A stretch of DNA of 64,000 nucleotides from Macrostomum lignano (Eukaryota): contig NIVC01004000.1 in assembly GCA_002269645.1 (NCBI GenBank), forward strand, positions 1 through 64,000, read 5' to 3'. Positions 12,909 to 25,721 of this stretch are shown here, one piece after another. The translations under genes and the position numbers were made by a program. The notes under the pieces were generated by a model, which worked only from the letters and a program-made list of their open reading frames with translations, did no database searches and was not told the DNA's origin. How positions within the stretch are numbered: position 1 is the stretch's first letter; each line of letters begins with the position of its first letter.

Positions 12909-13190
12909 GTAACCTAGTGGTTAGAGCGTCGGACTCACGACTTGAAGGTCGGAGGTTCGATTCCCGATCCCACTTGGAACAATTTGTGTCCTTGAGCAAG
13001 AGACACTTAGCTCTGCATTGCATCAGTTCACACAAAAAATGTAAAATGGGTGCCAGTATCAGCTGGGGTAATTGATGGTGTGTGTGGCGACCCCAAAGTC
13101 CTTTGACTGAACAGCCGTACGCAGCCTTCAGATGCGCCGCGCAATAGCTGCGGCTGAGCTTTCGGTTGCACATCTAGCCCAATTGGGGCA
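12909..13190 (+). mobile_element. tRNA-derived SINE, family 2
   Basis: CTAGTGGTTAGAGCG...GGTTCGATTCC head followed by GTGTCCTTGAGCAAG(AG)ACACTT; homologous to 14000-14275 (minus) and 43916-44145. Confidence 0.85.
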
Positions 13191-13999
13191 GGTGTAATCA
13201 AATGTTATTATTACGGGTGTGCGACCGCTGAGTGCAGAACAAAACATTTTTTTTCAGAAATGCTGAAGTCGCCTGGACGGGAATATAAAATGCTGAATGC
13301 CAAAAATAGCCTCAGCTAAAGCCAGCATCGGTGACTATCTTACATCTTGCACTTAAATGCATTCGAATTCGAACTAAATCAGTTATTCGAGTTCCTAATC
13401 TTCTTCCATCTATGGAATGATAATTTCCCTGTCGGCACTCTGAAAATTTCCCAGGATGACTGGCTTATAGAAAGAGACAAGCGTGACTTTTCATCATTCT
13501 TTTTTTACCCAACCGAGCAAGTTGCCTTCGATAGGAAGACCCGCTCGAGTAGGCGAGCCCCGAGGGCAGTGCTGCTCGGGTTGCCTGTGAAGCTCTCAAG
13601 CCAACCCCTTGAGACCGCTACAATACTGAAGTCTCTTTGACTGACACCCCCTGAAGATGCTGGAGGTTCTGCAGGCTCGCATGGCTCGGCAAAAGGGAAG
13701 CAAAGTAAATGCTGTAGCATCAACTTTTCCATATTATCTATGCGCTCTGAAGTCCCTCTTGTTGAACCGGCTTCTACGAGTATCTACAATTTCACGCAAA
13801 GCTACATGTAGTTGAGAGTGAGTAGACTTTTGACTGCAGGGAAAAATTTCCCCGACTTAATAGCGAAAAAGGCGGTTGGGATTAGTGCGATATGATTTAA
13901 ACCTGTCGCAAGTACCAACTCAAGGACATTTGTACCTACCAACTAGAATGAGAAAGTGCGAGCCTATGAATCAATGTAAACAATTGATTACACCAGCCC

Positions 14000-14275
14000 T
14001 AATGGCCAGATGTGCAACCGACAGCTCAGCCGCAGCTATTGCGCGGCGCATCTGAAAGCTGCGTACGGCTGTTCAGTCCAAGGACTGGGGGGTCGCCACA
14101 CCCTTAATTACCCCAGCTAATTAATGCTGGCACCCATTTTACAGCTGGGTGAACTGCAGCAATGCAGAGTTAAGTGTCTTGCTCAAGGACACAAATTGTG
14201 TCTGAGTGGGTCGAGAATCGAACCCCGGGCGTTCCAGTTGTGAATCCGACGCTCTAACCACTAGACTACAACCCC
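14000..14275 (-). mobile_element. tRNA-derived SINE, family 2, inverted relative to the 12909 copy
   Basis: Reverse complement begins GGGGTTGTAGTCTAGTGGTTAGAGCGTCGG...GGTTCGATTCTCG and aligns along its length with 12909-13190. Confidence 0.87.
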
Positions 14276-14516
14276 TTCTAGTCAGAGCCGTGAAATTCAC
14301 CGATACTTCAATACGAAATGTTAACTTCTCCTTCATTACCTCGTATAAACCAATGTCTTGTGTAGCACAGCAGCCAAAATACATGCTTGGGAATTTTATT
14401 TTTAATCTGTACACCTATTATTGATTATTGAGACATGCAATAGAATTCGAGTAAATGTTGATTATGACGTCAACGCATAGTAATAATTAATTAATTGCCA
14501 TCGAATACAGCAAAAA

Positions 14517-14936
14517 TCACTTCCTCTGGTTACTAGTCGGGACGTTCGTGAACCGCAGGTTGTTATGATAATCTTTGTTCTTCTGCTTGGCCTTCAGCTT
14601 ACGACTGACCCCCTCGTTGGACTCCTCGATGACGCAATTGCAGGGGAATAGTTCGGTCGACCTGCCGGCCTGCCTGCTGCACGCAAAGTAGAGCACCAGA
14701 GTGAGCAAGAACATCAGGTTGATGAGCAGCAGAACAGTGAGGATGCCGTGCTGAAGTCTGTCAGGCGAAATCGACCTCTTCAGAGCGTGTCGCATTGACG
14801 CGAGATTTTGTCTCAACAGCAGTATGTCGATGGGCATTTCCTTGACGTGAGCATTGAAAAATTTTCGCAGCAAGTCTTTGTCGTGCTCGGAGAGTCGCAT
14901 CCAGAGCTTTGAAATATAGTTTTCCGAGTCCGACAT
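14517..14936 (-). CDS. Hypothetical 139-aa single-pass membrane protein
   Basis: ATG at 14936, GC-rich single-exon ORF in AT-rich surroundings; hydrophobic stretch GILTVLLLINLMFLLTLVLYFAC followed by a basic tail; no family recognised. Confidence 0.55.
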   Translation of the reverse strand: MSDSENYISKLWMRLSEHDKDLLRKFFNAHVKEMPIDILLLRQNLASMRHALKRSISPDRLQHGILTVLLLINLMFLLTLVLYFACSRQAGRSTELFPCNCVIEESNEGVSRKLKAKQKNKDYHNNLRFTNVPTSNQRK

Positions 14937-15482
14937 TGTCGCTAAGCTACCGTTTGATTGGGCAGTGTTCAGTTCGATCAATATTGAAGTCTTTAGTTTG
15001 ATAGCGTTTGCATTAAATTGCGAGTACTTATTTATACACTTTCATTGTAATCATTAAATAGTTCATCCTGTTTCTCGATAGCTCGTATAGCCATAGACAT
15101 GTTGGACTTTATTGTCCCGATAAAAGTACATACGGCTGGTATACTGAATACATCTGTATCAAACAACAAAGAAGAAAGTAAACTGATATCCGCAAATCAG
15201 TATCGAGAAAAACAATAATTTATCAATGCCTACTGATTGGCTTTTGGAAAATATTTAATTATAAAGCAGTCCAAAGCGATGTATACATCTAAAATACATC
15301 TTGTTTCGATAATTTGTCAAAGTTCACACTCATAAAAGTGCTCAGAGGAAAATCTATTGCAGGAGAATTCACGTACTCGAGTGATTCAATAAGGAAAACA
15401 GAGGAAATTCGATCAATTTTAGAGTCCATGACATTGGATTGCTCATTTTATATTGGTTGAAACGGCATATCCGCTTTTTTAG

Positions 15483-18400
15483 TTATTGCCTTCCACCGCC
15501 CGTGCGAATGTAGGAGATCGTCGTTGGAACGTGGACCTCCTCGAATGTGCACAAGAATGCGTCTGCGCTCTGCAATGCAGTACATGTAGGTTCGAGCGTG
15601 TAACAATGGGCATAATGCTTTAACAGTCTAGACTACTGGAGTTCGCCCAGTCAAGTAGTCATGCTGGAGTATATTAAGCCTTTCAAACCTTTTCGTCCGG
15701 CAGGCAGGCACCGAGAGCCTGCAACAGGAGTGGCTCATCAACAACGCTGCTCTTGAACTGGGCATAGTCAATGGTACCCTTCTTCTGCGTGTCCTGCGGG
15801 TTGAATGCATGAATTGTGTTTGAAGCTGATGTTGGAACACGTCTATGGCCAAAATACCAGCTATTGAATATAGACCGACACTGTGGAAAGCTTCTTTATA
15901 TATTTAAGAATTTGAGCATTCATTTAAGGCATTTAAGGCCACTACCAATCATATTACTTTCATCTACCTACATGCACCGTCTATGGTCAAAACACCGCGT
16001 CTATGGTCAAAACACCGTCTATGGTCAAAACACCGTCTATGGTCAAAACACCGTCTATGGTCAAAACACCGTCTATGGTCAAAACACCGTCTATGGTCAA
16101 AACACCATCTATGGCCAACTTAAAACTTGTCTATGGTCAAAACACTGTCTATGGTCAAAACACTGTCTATGATCAAAACACCGTCTATGGTCAAAACACC
16201 ATCTATGGCCAACTTAAAATCTTGTCTATGGTCAAAACACCGTCTATGGTCAAAACACCGTCTATGGTCAATGGGACAGGCAAAGGCAGAGCATTAAATT
16301 CAATGCTCTCCCCATACGCGGCTTAGACCATAGACAATTCCAAGTTTAAGATAAGCAATCCATGTTATTCCAGGTTCATCCATGGTTGGCAGGGTCTTGA
16401 ATTAAATGCAAAATTTCCTAAATAATTTTTTTTAAATCTTGCAATTAGGGGGCGCAATGGGCGGTTTCATGACCCACTGAGAATGTCTATGGTAAAAAGA
16501 CCGCGCAATTCAATGACGTCACAAAATTCAAAGACAGGTCTTCTCTAAAGAAAGGAGTGCTTGTATGGACTTACATAATTTTGATTAGTCAAATTTCCTT
16601 TGAATTATTTACTATATCATTAAAGTTTACTAAACAGATAAAGGATATATCTGTTTAATAAATACGTAGATTCCGCCCATCTACGAAGTCGCAATTAATT
16701 ACGCTAACGTCAAATGAAAATTGTCGCTTTAGAATGCGACTTCTGACTTAAGTTTTAATAAAAATTATTGTTATTATTTGTTTGCTCCGTTACTAAAATT
16801 ACTCACAAACTTTTTGAAGACAATCTCCACCAGGTCCCTGACACCCTCGTCGGGATCCTCTTCCACGGGTTGCTGAAATTTAAAGTTTGTTACTGTTTTA
16901 ATACACTGTTTAAACAGGTATTTCTGCTTTAAGTTTCCAGTCTAAAACCATACATGGAATTCTGAATCTGCTTCAAATTTATTCGAAACATTAGCAACAA
17001 TTTGAAAAGATGTTCTTAAATTTTTTTTGTGACAGGCAGTGAATTTTTGCTATTTTTGTGCAAGTTCAATGAATTTAACTTTGCAGTTTAAACAGCCGAT
17101 GTTCAGGTCCATAACGCGTTCATATTAGGAGCATATTGCGCAAGGAAAGTACTTTATCAAGCAAACATGCCGATTAAAATGGCTAATATAGCCGATGATA
17201 ATTAGCATTTTTCACGAGTCTAGGAATTGAATGCCAAAAAGTAACCCATAGCAAATACAATAAATCATTAGTAGGCCATAGGCGCAGTACAACTGGATTG
17301 AATTGAATGAAACTTCTAAGAAAACGAGATTCCAAGTGCAAGTTTAATTTATTATCAAAATTGTGCAAATTGTTCACATCTTGCAATTGCTGCATTCAGA
17401 CATGCGTATGACGTGTGTGTTGAACCATAAAAAATTACAGCAAGTTTGGAACTTTATCTAGCAAATACGAGACAGCACTTACGTAGTCCAGGCTTCCCTA
17501 AGGTGGGTTTGGTAGGATTTGTTAATATAATTGTATAAATTTATAAATTGCAAATCGTAATTTAGGCTTTCGACAGGAATAGATTTGGTAATAACACAGG
17601 GTGAAAAAATCAGAGCCAATTTTATAAATAGCTATATCTGATCGTCTTCTTGCTGAAGTTGATTATTGCGCTAAGTTTAAAGATGTTATCTCGGGTATAG
17701 ATAGAAGCATTTAAATATGTTCAACATAACAGTTCGTAGAAACATTATTTACCATTCAGACGACAATTGAAACCCAAAATCGTTTAAATATAGCTACTCA
17801 CCCTAATCAGAGTTGACTTCAGCAGCTGAAACATCTCGTCCCTGCTGATGACTCCATCCGAGTTGAGATCGTACGCTCGGAATGCAACTGAAACCGCGAG
17901 AAATTGTCAATTTGTTATGATTGGGGGGCAAAATAGGTGCAAATCCTGGGAACTTGTAATCATAACCTCATACTGCATGGCTAAAAGCGGAATTCTTACA
18001 ACTGGTTTTCTCTTCCAATGTGCCTCTGAGAAACGTTGAAATGCCTTTGAGCCACTCTTCCTGACTGATGTTGGAGTCGGAGTCTGTGTCGAAGGCTCGA
18101 AATACTGAAGCGTCATTTTCGCGTGTAAATGTCTGATATATTATGATTTTTGAAAAAATATATCAATTCTAAAAAAAGTTTATTACCTTGGTCCATCATC
18201 AAATCGTCTGTCATGCCGAACGAATTGTGCAAGATGTCCTTGAACTTATTTCTGTCTAGTTTAGCATCATCTGCACCGCCAGTAATGTCTTTGTACATGT
18301 TCAAGAGATGCTCGCATTCCTTTTTTGTAACTGAAATTGTAGGAACTTAATTTTTTTACAAAACTGAATCGTCAGATGGTATCATGATTGAAAATAAAGT

Positions 18401-18826
18401 AACTGCGGAACTTCGGCGTTACTAATGACTGAGATGTACTGCTTTTGATACTCCTACTCGTACCAATTTAATTTGTATCATGCTTTCCCCTCTAAATTAA
18501 TGATGTGTGACATCATAGACCTACATGAGCCAACGGACTAGACCTAATTAAGTGTAATTTATATCTACATCTACTTAATAAGTAGTCAGAGCGAGCAGAA
18601 AGCCAGTCTGGCTGCGTGGCCGTGGGAGTGGGAAAGATCGATCAATCTGATTTCTGCGGCTTTCTGATTTTTACGTGGAATGTCAATGACCACTGCATGT
18701 TTTAGTAGGGGACCACTGCAACTCTAAAATAAAAGTATATATTTTTTCGCATTGTTTCTCACAGTTTGTTTGTGAATGTAGAGCTTCCGCTATTTTTGAA
18801 ATATTCGCTTTTGCTGACGCTTCCAT
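15483..18826 (-). CDS. EFCAB1: Calaxin (EF-hand calcium-binding outer dynein arm docking protein), 7 exons, 218 aa
   Basis: Exons 18826-18763, 18330-18187, 18104-18000, 17887-17802, 16872-16807, 15793-15689, 15569-15483, all GT-AG and in phase. Motifs [46 protein letters not shown] and [11 protein letters not shown] match calaxin as recalled. Confidence 0.93.
15978..16266. repeat. 18-bp minisatellite (GTCTATGGTCAAAACACC) in calaxin intron 5
   Basis: Tandem copies visible; source of the MVKTPS and VYGQNT repeat ORFs. Confidence 0.93.
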
Positions 18827-19735
18827 TGTGAGGTTGTGGTTATCGTATTATCATATACTCGAAAAAAATGATTAAACAGCTTTTAAAAGCTTATATAGCA
18901 AGCGTCAAACGTGAATAAAAAGTGCTTTCAAATATCTCAAGAATTAAACGAACTTGAATTTGCGCTAGTTAAAGTAACTTTAGTGATACAAGAATAAACA
19001 AATGCATTTGTGTCCATATAATATTTACGCAAACTTTACACAGAGACTATCTTATGTTATTTATAGTTTAAAAGTTGATGTCGCAGTAGGTAACTTGTTC
19101 GTCTGAATATTGATATTGGAATATTTTTGACTTTGTAATTATTCTTAGAAACAATGACGAAACTTTAAATTTTAAACGTTGCCGCTATAACTGTACATGC
19201 ATTGATTGTCAGTATCTTGATTTCCTAATAGCATTGTGTATTAGATTATTCTTTTACATGTAATGCTATCCAATATAATTTTTTACGATTTTAGGCTTAT
19301 ATGCTAAAAATTTTACCATACTACTAAATCTCATCTCACCCATCATTTATTTTTATTTCTATGACTAGATTCCAATTATAAATTAAGTTTTCCATTTTTC
19401 GAAAGGGCTGGGACTGGGAGCTATTCTTCATAATCAAAATTTAGCTGCTGTAACTATGTACATGGAGACTAGGCCAAACTTAATCATTTTGTACACTAAC
19501 TGTGTACAGAGGCACGCCTGGCTCCTCTGTACGCCAAGTTGTATGCCAATGGTGTACTCTATGTCCCTCTATACGCCGAGTGAGTCTGGCCTACAAGTAA
19601 AAGAATTTTACTAAACTTTAAAATGTCAATTTTTTGCTTAAAACTATTATTCTTTGTTTCACCTTGGTCTGTTTTCCATGTAAATAGCATTATTATTTCT
19701 AGTTTTGTTTCCTATCTTTGTAAAGGAGCTTTCCT

Positions 19736-20179
19736 GGCAATCCTACACTTCCGTTCGGTAAATTATTTTGACATTGAATTTTGAACAGGCGTGGTAAATA
19801 ACACTGTAACCAAACAAAACTAAAACAGTGGAACATGGTAGCAGTCTATTAGAGCGCATAGTCACTTAGAGTGTGTCTGCAGGTCATTAAGGTGTCTACA
19901 ATGGATAGTAATGTCCAATCCAGTACAGGATAGCCCCAAATGGACATTGGGGATACAGACAATGCCAGAGAAATTCCTCAATGTGTTCTCTCAATCTATT
20001 CAATTAATTTAACTCAAGCAGCTCACAAGCAACAGCTCCCTTAAACTGACACCCCTTTAAACTCTGTTCGCTCAAACTTTTGGCCATAGTCATAGACACA
20101 TTGCCAATCGACGTCATTTGACTCGGTGGTACGAATTCAAATGTGAAAATAATTTACCGAACGGAAGTGTAGGATTGCC
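19736..20179. mobile_element. MITE with GGCAAT termini and 8-bp TSD (Merlin-like), 444 bp
   Basis: 34-bp perfect TIR GGCAATCCTACACTTCCGTTCGGTAAATTATTTT; identical flanks GCTTTCCT at 19728-19735 and 20180-20187. Confidence 0.88.
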
Positions 20180-21532
20180 GCTTTCCTTGGTTGATATTCA
20201 ACTATAAACTCTATACTATACTTAACTTCAAATCTATATTAGCCTATATACTAAAAATAAGTTGTTTTATTATATACACTAAGCCTGAACTTAGCTTTTT
20301 TGTATACCAACTGTGTATACTAATGTTGACACTGAAAGTTCTATAAAAATTGTATGCTATGAATGTTAATAAACAGAAAAAGACTACAATTTTCTATAAG
20401 GAAAAGAAGTATAGAAGTGTAAAGGCTATTTGCCCAACTATGTTTGCTATTAAATATCATGGAATAATATAGACCTATAGTAGCTAGAGCTAGTTCTTTT
20501 GCAAAAAACTTAGAAAAGAGAAATTTCATATAAGAAATATTGGTAAAACTTTGACTATAAAAAACTAAACAAAAAATAAAAGAAAAGCTTATATGTAGCT
20601 ATATTATCATCTGGTTAGGCAATCTTTTGTTTTGAGCATTTAATTATTTTTCTATAGAATTTCATAGTTTCTATTTATTTTAATAGTTAATATAATCATT
20701 AAATCAACTATATAATTGATTTAATGAAGATATTGATACATTTCAATAGATAAATTGTTAATTTTCAACTAATAAAACTAATAAATAAGTGAATAAGCAT
20801 AAAATAAACAATGGTTATCCTGGTATATGTAGGTTAGCATTAGCAACTAGATAGATAATTGAGTTGCATGATTACTTCAGTTATGAGTCTATTGCATCTG
20901 CCCTACATTGACTAACTATTGACTGAGTCTACCTACCTAGCTAATAGTCAAAGACTATATTAGAAACAAATATTCCAAGCCATATCATTTTGTGCCCATT
21001 TAGATGATACATTTCTATTACCTAAATATATCAAAATGCTAAGATTAACATTCATCAATATATTTGATGATATAAAATTTCTTTTATACTATAATTGTCT
21101 ATAAAGCCAAGGGATTAGTAAAGCAACTTCTATTTTTGTACATTTCTTATAACTCAATCAAGGTTGCTATAAAGTAGCATATAAGCTAAGGTTCAACAAA
21201 CTGCAGCCTCAAAGTCTCTATATGACCTTTTAGTACTTTAAAACTTCACTATTATTGCAATCCAGCCTACACAAGTTGAAGGCTTCTATCTCTTATTAGC
21301 TCTCTCTTCTCCTTTCTTTCCTTATACCTCTCTTTTCATCTCTCATCTATCTCCCCCTCTTTTGTGTCTATTCCCCTCTTCTCATCTCTGATCTGGCTCA
21401 AAGTCATGAGCTAGATTATTTGTTTGAATCTTGAGGTAAAATGTTTGCTGACCCCTGATGTAACCAGGCCTAGCAGACACTTAATTTCCATGTCTTAATT
21501 TACAACTTATTTCAGCTCGGCGACGATCTGTT

Positions 21533-22573
21533 ATGGAGGCCGACGAGCAGTTTGACTTTCTATTTAAAATAGTACTAATTGGCGACGCCGGTGTTGGCAA
21601 GTCCTGCGTTGTTCAACGCTTCAAATCTGGAAATTTTCTAGAAAAGCAAAGCAGCACTATTGGCGTAGATTTCACTATGAAGACTCTGGTTGTTGATGGT
21701 GCCAGGATTAAACTGCAAGTATGGGACACTGCTGGACAAGAGAGGTTCAGAACTATCACTCAGTCCTATTACAGATCCGCCAATGCTGTCATACTGGCTT
21801 ACGATATTACCAAGCGGGTATGTCTAATTTGTTGTTTGCTATCAATATTGTCCCTTCTCACCCATCATCCCCTCAGCCATCACCTCAGATATCACCCACC
21901 AGCCATCACCTCAGCCATCACCTCAGCCATCACCTCAGCCATCACCTCAGCCATCACCTCAGCCATCACCTGAGGCTGAGGCTATCACCCTCTTAGCTAT
22001 CACCTCATCAGCCATCACCCCTCAGCCATCACCTCATCAGCCATCACCTCCTCAGCAATCACCTCATCAGCCATCACCTCATCAGCCATCACCTCCTCAG
22101 CCATCACCTCATCAGCCATCACCTCCTCAGCAATCACCCCTCAGCCATCACAGCTATCGCTCCCTCAGCTATCACCTCATCAGCCATCACCTCATCAGCC
22201 ATCACCTCATCAGCCATCACTCATCACTTAACCTGATTTCCAGGAATCATTCGACTCCCTTACCACGTGGATTGATGACGTCAGTCGGTACGCCGGCTCC
22301 GGCATGTGTCAGATTTTAATCGGGTGCAAGAAAGATTTAGAACACCTGCGCGAAGTTCGAGTGACTGACGGAGTTGATTTCGCGGCCAAGATGGCCATGC
22401 TGACCTGCTTGGAGACCTCGGCCAAGGAGAACTCCAATATTGATCAGCTATTCGAGACGTTGGCCGCTGAACTGAAACGCCGACACGATGGCGGCATCTC
22501 CGGCGGTCAGGGCGACACTTCAGCAATTCACCTTAATAGCCGGTCACTTGGCAGTGGCTGGTCCTGTTGCTAG
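21533..22573 (+). CDS. RAB43: Rab GTPase of the Rab43/Rab19 group, 2 exons
   Basis: Exons 21533-21817 and 22244-22573 (phase 0). [38 protein letters not shown] and a C-terminal CC prenylation motif; G4 box reads GCKKD. Confidence 0.88.
21866..22225. repeat. 12/15-bp minisatellite (CAGCCATCACCT[CAT]) in the Rab intron
   Basis: Tandem copies visible. Confidence 0.92.
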
Positions 22574-23899
22574 GGAGATTTGTGTTTTGAATATTATATT
22601 TCAAGAACCACTAGCAGCTAGGGAGCTAAAAGCACAGTTTTTTGAAGGCTTCAGTTAAGTTAAGATAAAATAGTGACTAACCACGGTCAATTCTGCTTAA
22701 CCTGCTACAGACAAAATGGTCTTGGCGCGCTTGTATGTGCTTAGGAGTCAACAGAAAATTAACATTGTATTGAATGTCAGGTAATCTTACGCATTCTCTT
22801 ACCAATCAGTGGTTCTTGTTATTATAGTATACAAATCTTGCCTCTAGGGGAGTCTGTATTTTCGGTTTTTTTTTCTTTCTGAACTGGCAAAATCATGGTA
22901 CAGTGTAAAACTTGTTAACCGGTATTTACTGCATGTCTTGGCCTATTGTTTCTGGGGTTCCGAGCTCTTTTATCTTTAAATCTGCGTGCATTTTTGAGGC
23001 TTTCTGTTTTATACAATTGTCGCAATATTTGCGCTTTGAATTTGCTGATAGGCTGTGAGTAGGCTATTCAAGCATCGACTCAAACTCTTGTTAATTGTAA
23101 AGTATTTAACGTGTCTGACTTTAGTCCCCTTTAGAGAGTGCACGTGTCCGATGATTAGAGAGTCAAAGGGCCACTGTACACACTGTGTGAGCGTGTGTGC
23201 TCAGGAGCCAGCGGTATTGTTATTTACTGATTTCCTCCTGGACTTGCGGTAGTGCAACTCACAACTATATATTTAGCAACCTTCTAGAAGGGATCCTTGA
23301 ATATTTAAACTATCGTTGCAATATAAAATCTTGGATAAATTCTATAAATTTTTCCTGCCTATGTTGTTCTTGTTTAGTTCAGATGCACTAAATGAGCTGC
23401 TCATGGTGCGTCATGCGTGTTTTCCTCTGTTAATGTTATTGTTGTTTGGTTAGTTATTACATAATGCAGATGGAGTATAAATATCTTATAATAATAATTT
23501 GCAATGTCCCTTTCTGTATCACTGATATACTGGAATACTGATATACTGATAAGCGGCTCTTTTACAAAGCGCTCATGTACTCTTTTTTCACAGGTAAAAT
23601 TAGCGTCTTGCTTTTAAAGATATTAAGTTTTGAAAACTGCAACAATCACCTCTGGCTTTCTACAAGCAAAACCATTAAATTGGCATCGTCACTCTGTTTT
23701 ACCGACTCCCGACAGCCTTAGACACAAAATTATTTAAAAAGAAATCAATTCAAGACCGAAGATTGCAGGAAAACTTGAAGAAGCCAAATCCAGTGCGTTT
23801 GCATAGCGAGCAAAAGAGAAAAAGGGGAGGGGGGCGCCCAGCCCCCATCAAGGTCGATAAACAGCTGGCTTTCCTCTTGCCCGCTTGTGTCTGCATTTG

Positions 23900-24450
23900 A
23901 ACTCTCTCCTTACTGCTATCTCATTGGCTGAGCTAGATTGAGCCTGCCCCCTAGGCTGAGTTTCATCGGTCTAACGTTGACCTCTCTCCTTACTGCTATC
24001 TCATTGGCTGAGCTAGATTGGGCCTGCCCCCTAGGCTGAGTTTCATCGGTCTAACGTTGACCTCTCTCCTTACTGCTCTCTCATTGGCTGAGCTAGATTG
24101 GGCCTGTCCCCTAGGCTGAGTTTCATCGGTCTAACGTTGACCTCTCTCCTTACTGCTCTCTCATTGGCTGAGCTAGATTGGGCCTGTCCCCTAGGCGAGT
24201 TTCGTCCGTCTGACTTTGACCTCTCTCCTTACTGCTCTCTCATTGGCTGAGCTAGATTGGGCCTGCCCCCTAGGCTGAGTTTCATCGGTCTAACGCTGAC
24301 CTCTCCTTACTGCTCTCTCATTGGCTGAGCTAGATTGAGCCTGTCCCCTAGGCTGAGTTTCATCGGTCTAACGCTGACCTCTCTCCTTACTGCTCTCTCA
24401 TTGGCTGAGCTAGATTGGGCCTGCCCCCCAGGCTGAGTTTTGTCCGTCTT
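23900..24450. repeat. 80-bp minisatellite, about 7 copies
   Basis: Unit starts recur at 23902, 23982, 24062, 24142 and onward. Confidence 0.93.
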
Positions 24451-25024
24451 GCGTTCACTTGTGCACATCGAGTTAAATGCTTGTTCGATCTTAACCCCAT
24501 TATGCTCCGGAGGCCGCAAACCCCAGACAGAGGAAGGGAAGGCAATTTTAGCTGCCATAGTAAAGTCAAGTGACACTGCGCATATAAACTACTGAAACCT
24601 AAAAGAGGCTCTGCTTTTCTACAACTAATTGCAAGTGACGTATTCAGTTATTATGGTATATTTGTGGTTTGGATGCGTAAGAGTTGCATTCCATATTGTT
24701 TTTTCCGTGTTAATTAGCTCTAAAAACTGTAATTACTAGCCTGATTTATCTATTTTAGATAGTAAAATTGTCTCTTCTCTTGCTCACCTTGTTTGATTCA
24801 CTAATTGCCTGCTGTTTAATAGAGAGAACATATTTTACCGATTTTGTCCAATTTTAGTTATTGTTTTTTTGTTCGTAATTATTGACAGGCACAACTTTCT
24901 GTTCTCCGCATTCCTGTTAATGCAAGGGGGTTGGTTAAACTTATTTATTGTGAAGAATTACCTATTTCTGGCTTATACTTTTTTCAACGGTACCATCCTA
25001 TATACTAAAATGTTATCACTGTAA

Positions 25025-25680
25025 TCACCTAACAGTGTCCCAGATTCTCCTAAAAGACTATATAATCGCCTAACAGTGTCCCAGATTCTCCTAAAAGACT
25101 ATATAATCGCCTAACAGTGTCCCAGATTCTCCTAAAAGACTATATAATCGCCTAATAGTGTCCGAGATTGTACTAATAGACTCTATATAATCGCCTAATA
25201 GTGTTTGATATTCTCCTAATAGACTATATAATCGCCTAACAGTGTCTCAGATTATCCTAATAGACTCTATATAATCGCCTAACAGTGTCCCAGATTCTCC
25301 TAAAAGACTATATAATCGCCTAATAGTGTCCGAGATTGTCCTAATAGACTCTATATAATCGCCTAATAGTGTCTGATATTCTCCTAATAGACTATATAAT
25401 CGCCTAACAGTGTCTCAGATTCTCCTAATAGACTATATAATCGCCTAATAGTGTCTGATATTCTCCTAATAGACTCTAATCGCCTAATAGTGTCTGAGAT
25501 TCTTCTAATAGACTATATAATCGCCTAATAGTGTCCCAGATACTCCTAATGGACTATATAATCGCCTAACAGTGTCCCAGATACTCCTAATGGACTATAT
25601 AATCGCCCAATAGTGTCCCAGATACTCCTACTAGACTCTATAGAATAATATCCTAACAGTGTCCCAGATACTCCTAATGG
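25025..25680. repeat. About 41-bp minisatellite (TAATCGCCTAACAGTGTCCCAGATTCTCCTAAAAGACTATA) upstream of the OSBPL1A-like ATG
   Basis: Tandem degenerate copies visible. Confidence 0.92.
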
Positions 25681-25721
25681 AATCTCTAAATATTCTGATT
25701 AGCTAGCTTAACCTTGCAGCC

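Noticed and set aside
10755-13830. Short ORFs at 10755-11187, 12506-13075 and 13505-13732
   Set aside because: No recognisable domains, partly overlapping SINE sequence, and no consistent exon chain.
14200-14275. tRNA genes at the SINE heads (also 9986, 12909, 43916, 58008)
   Set aside because: A and B boxes are present, but acceptor-stem pairing is poor and each continues into a shared non-tRNA body, so these are SINEs.
19178-19191. RFX X-box upstream of calaxin (GTTGCCGCTATAAC); similar half-site at 2641
   Set aside because: Only one half-site matches well and the spacer deviates from consensus; it cannot be distinguished from chance without conservation data.
20190-21300. Very AT-rich block as a gene or decayed LINE
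   Set aside because: Only faint RT-tail-like fragments amid many stops; too weak to call.
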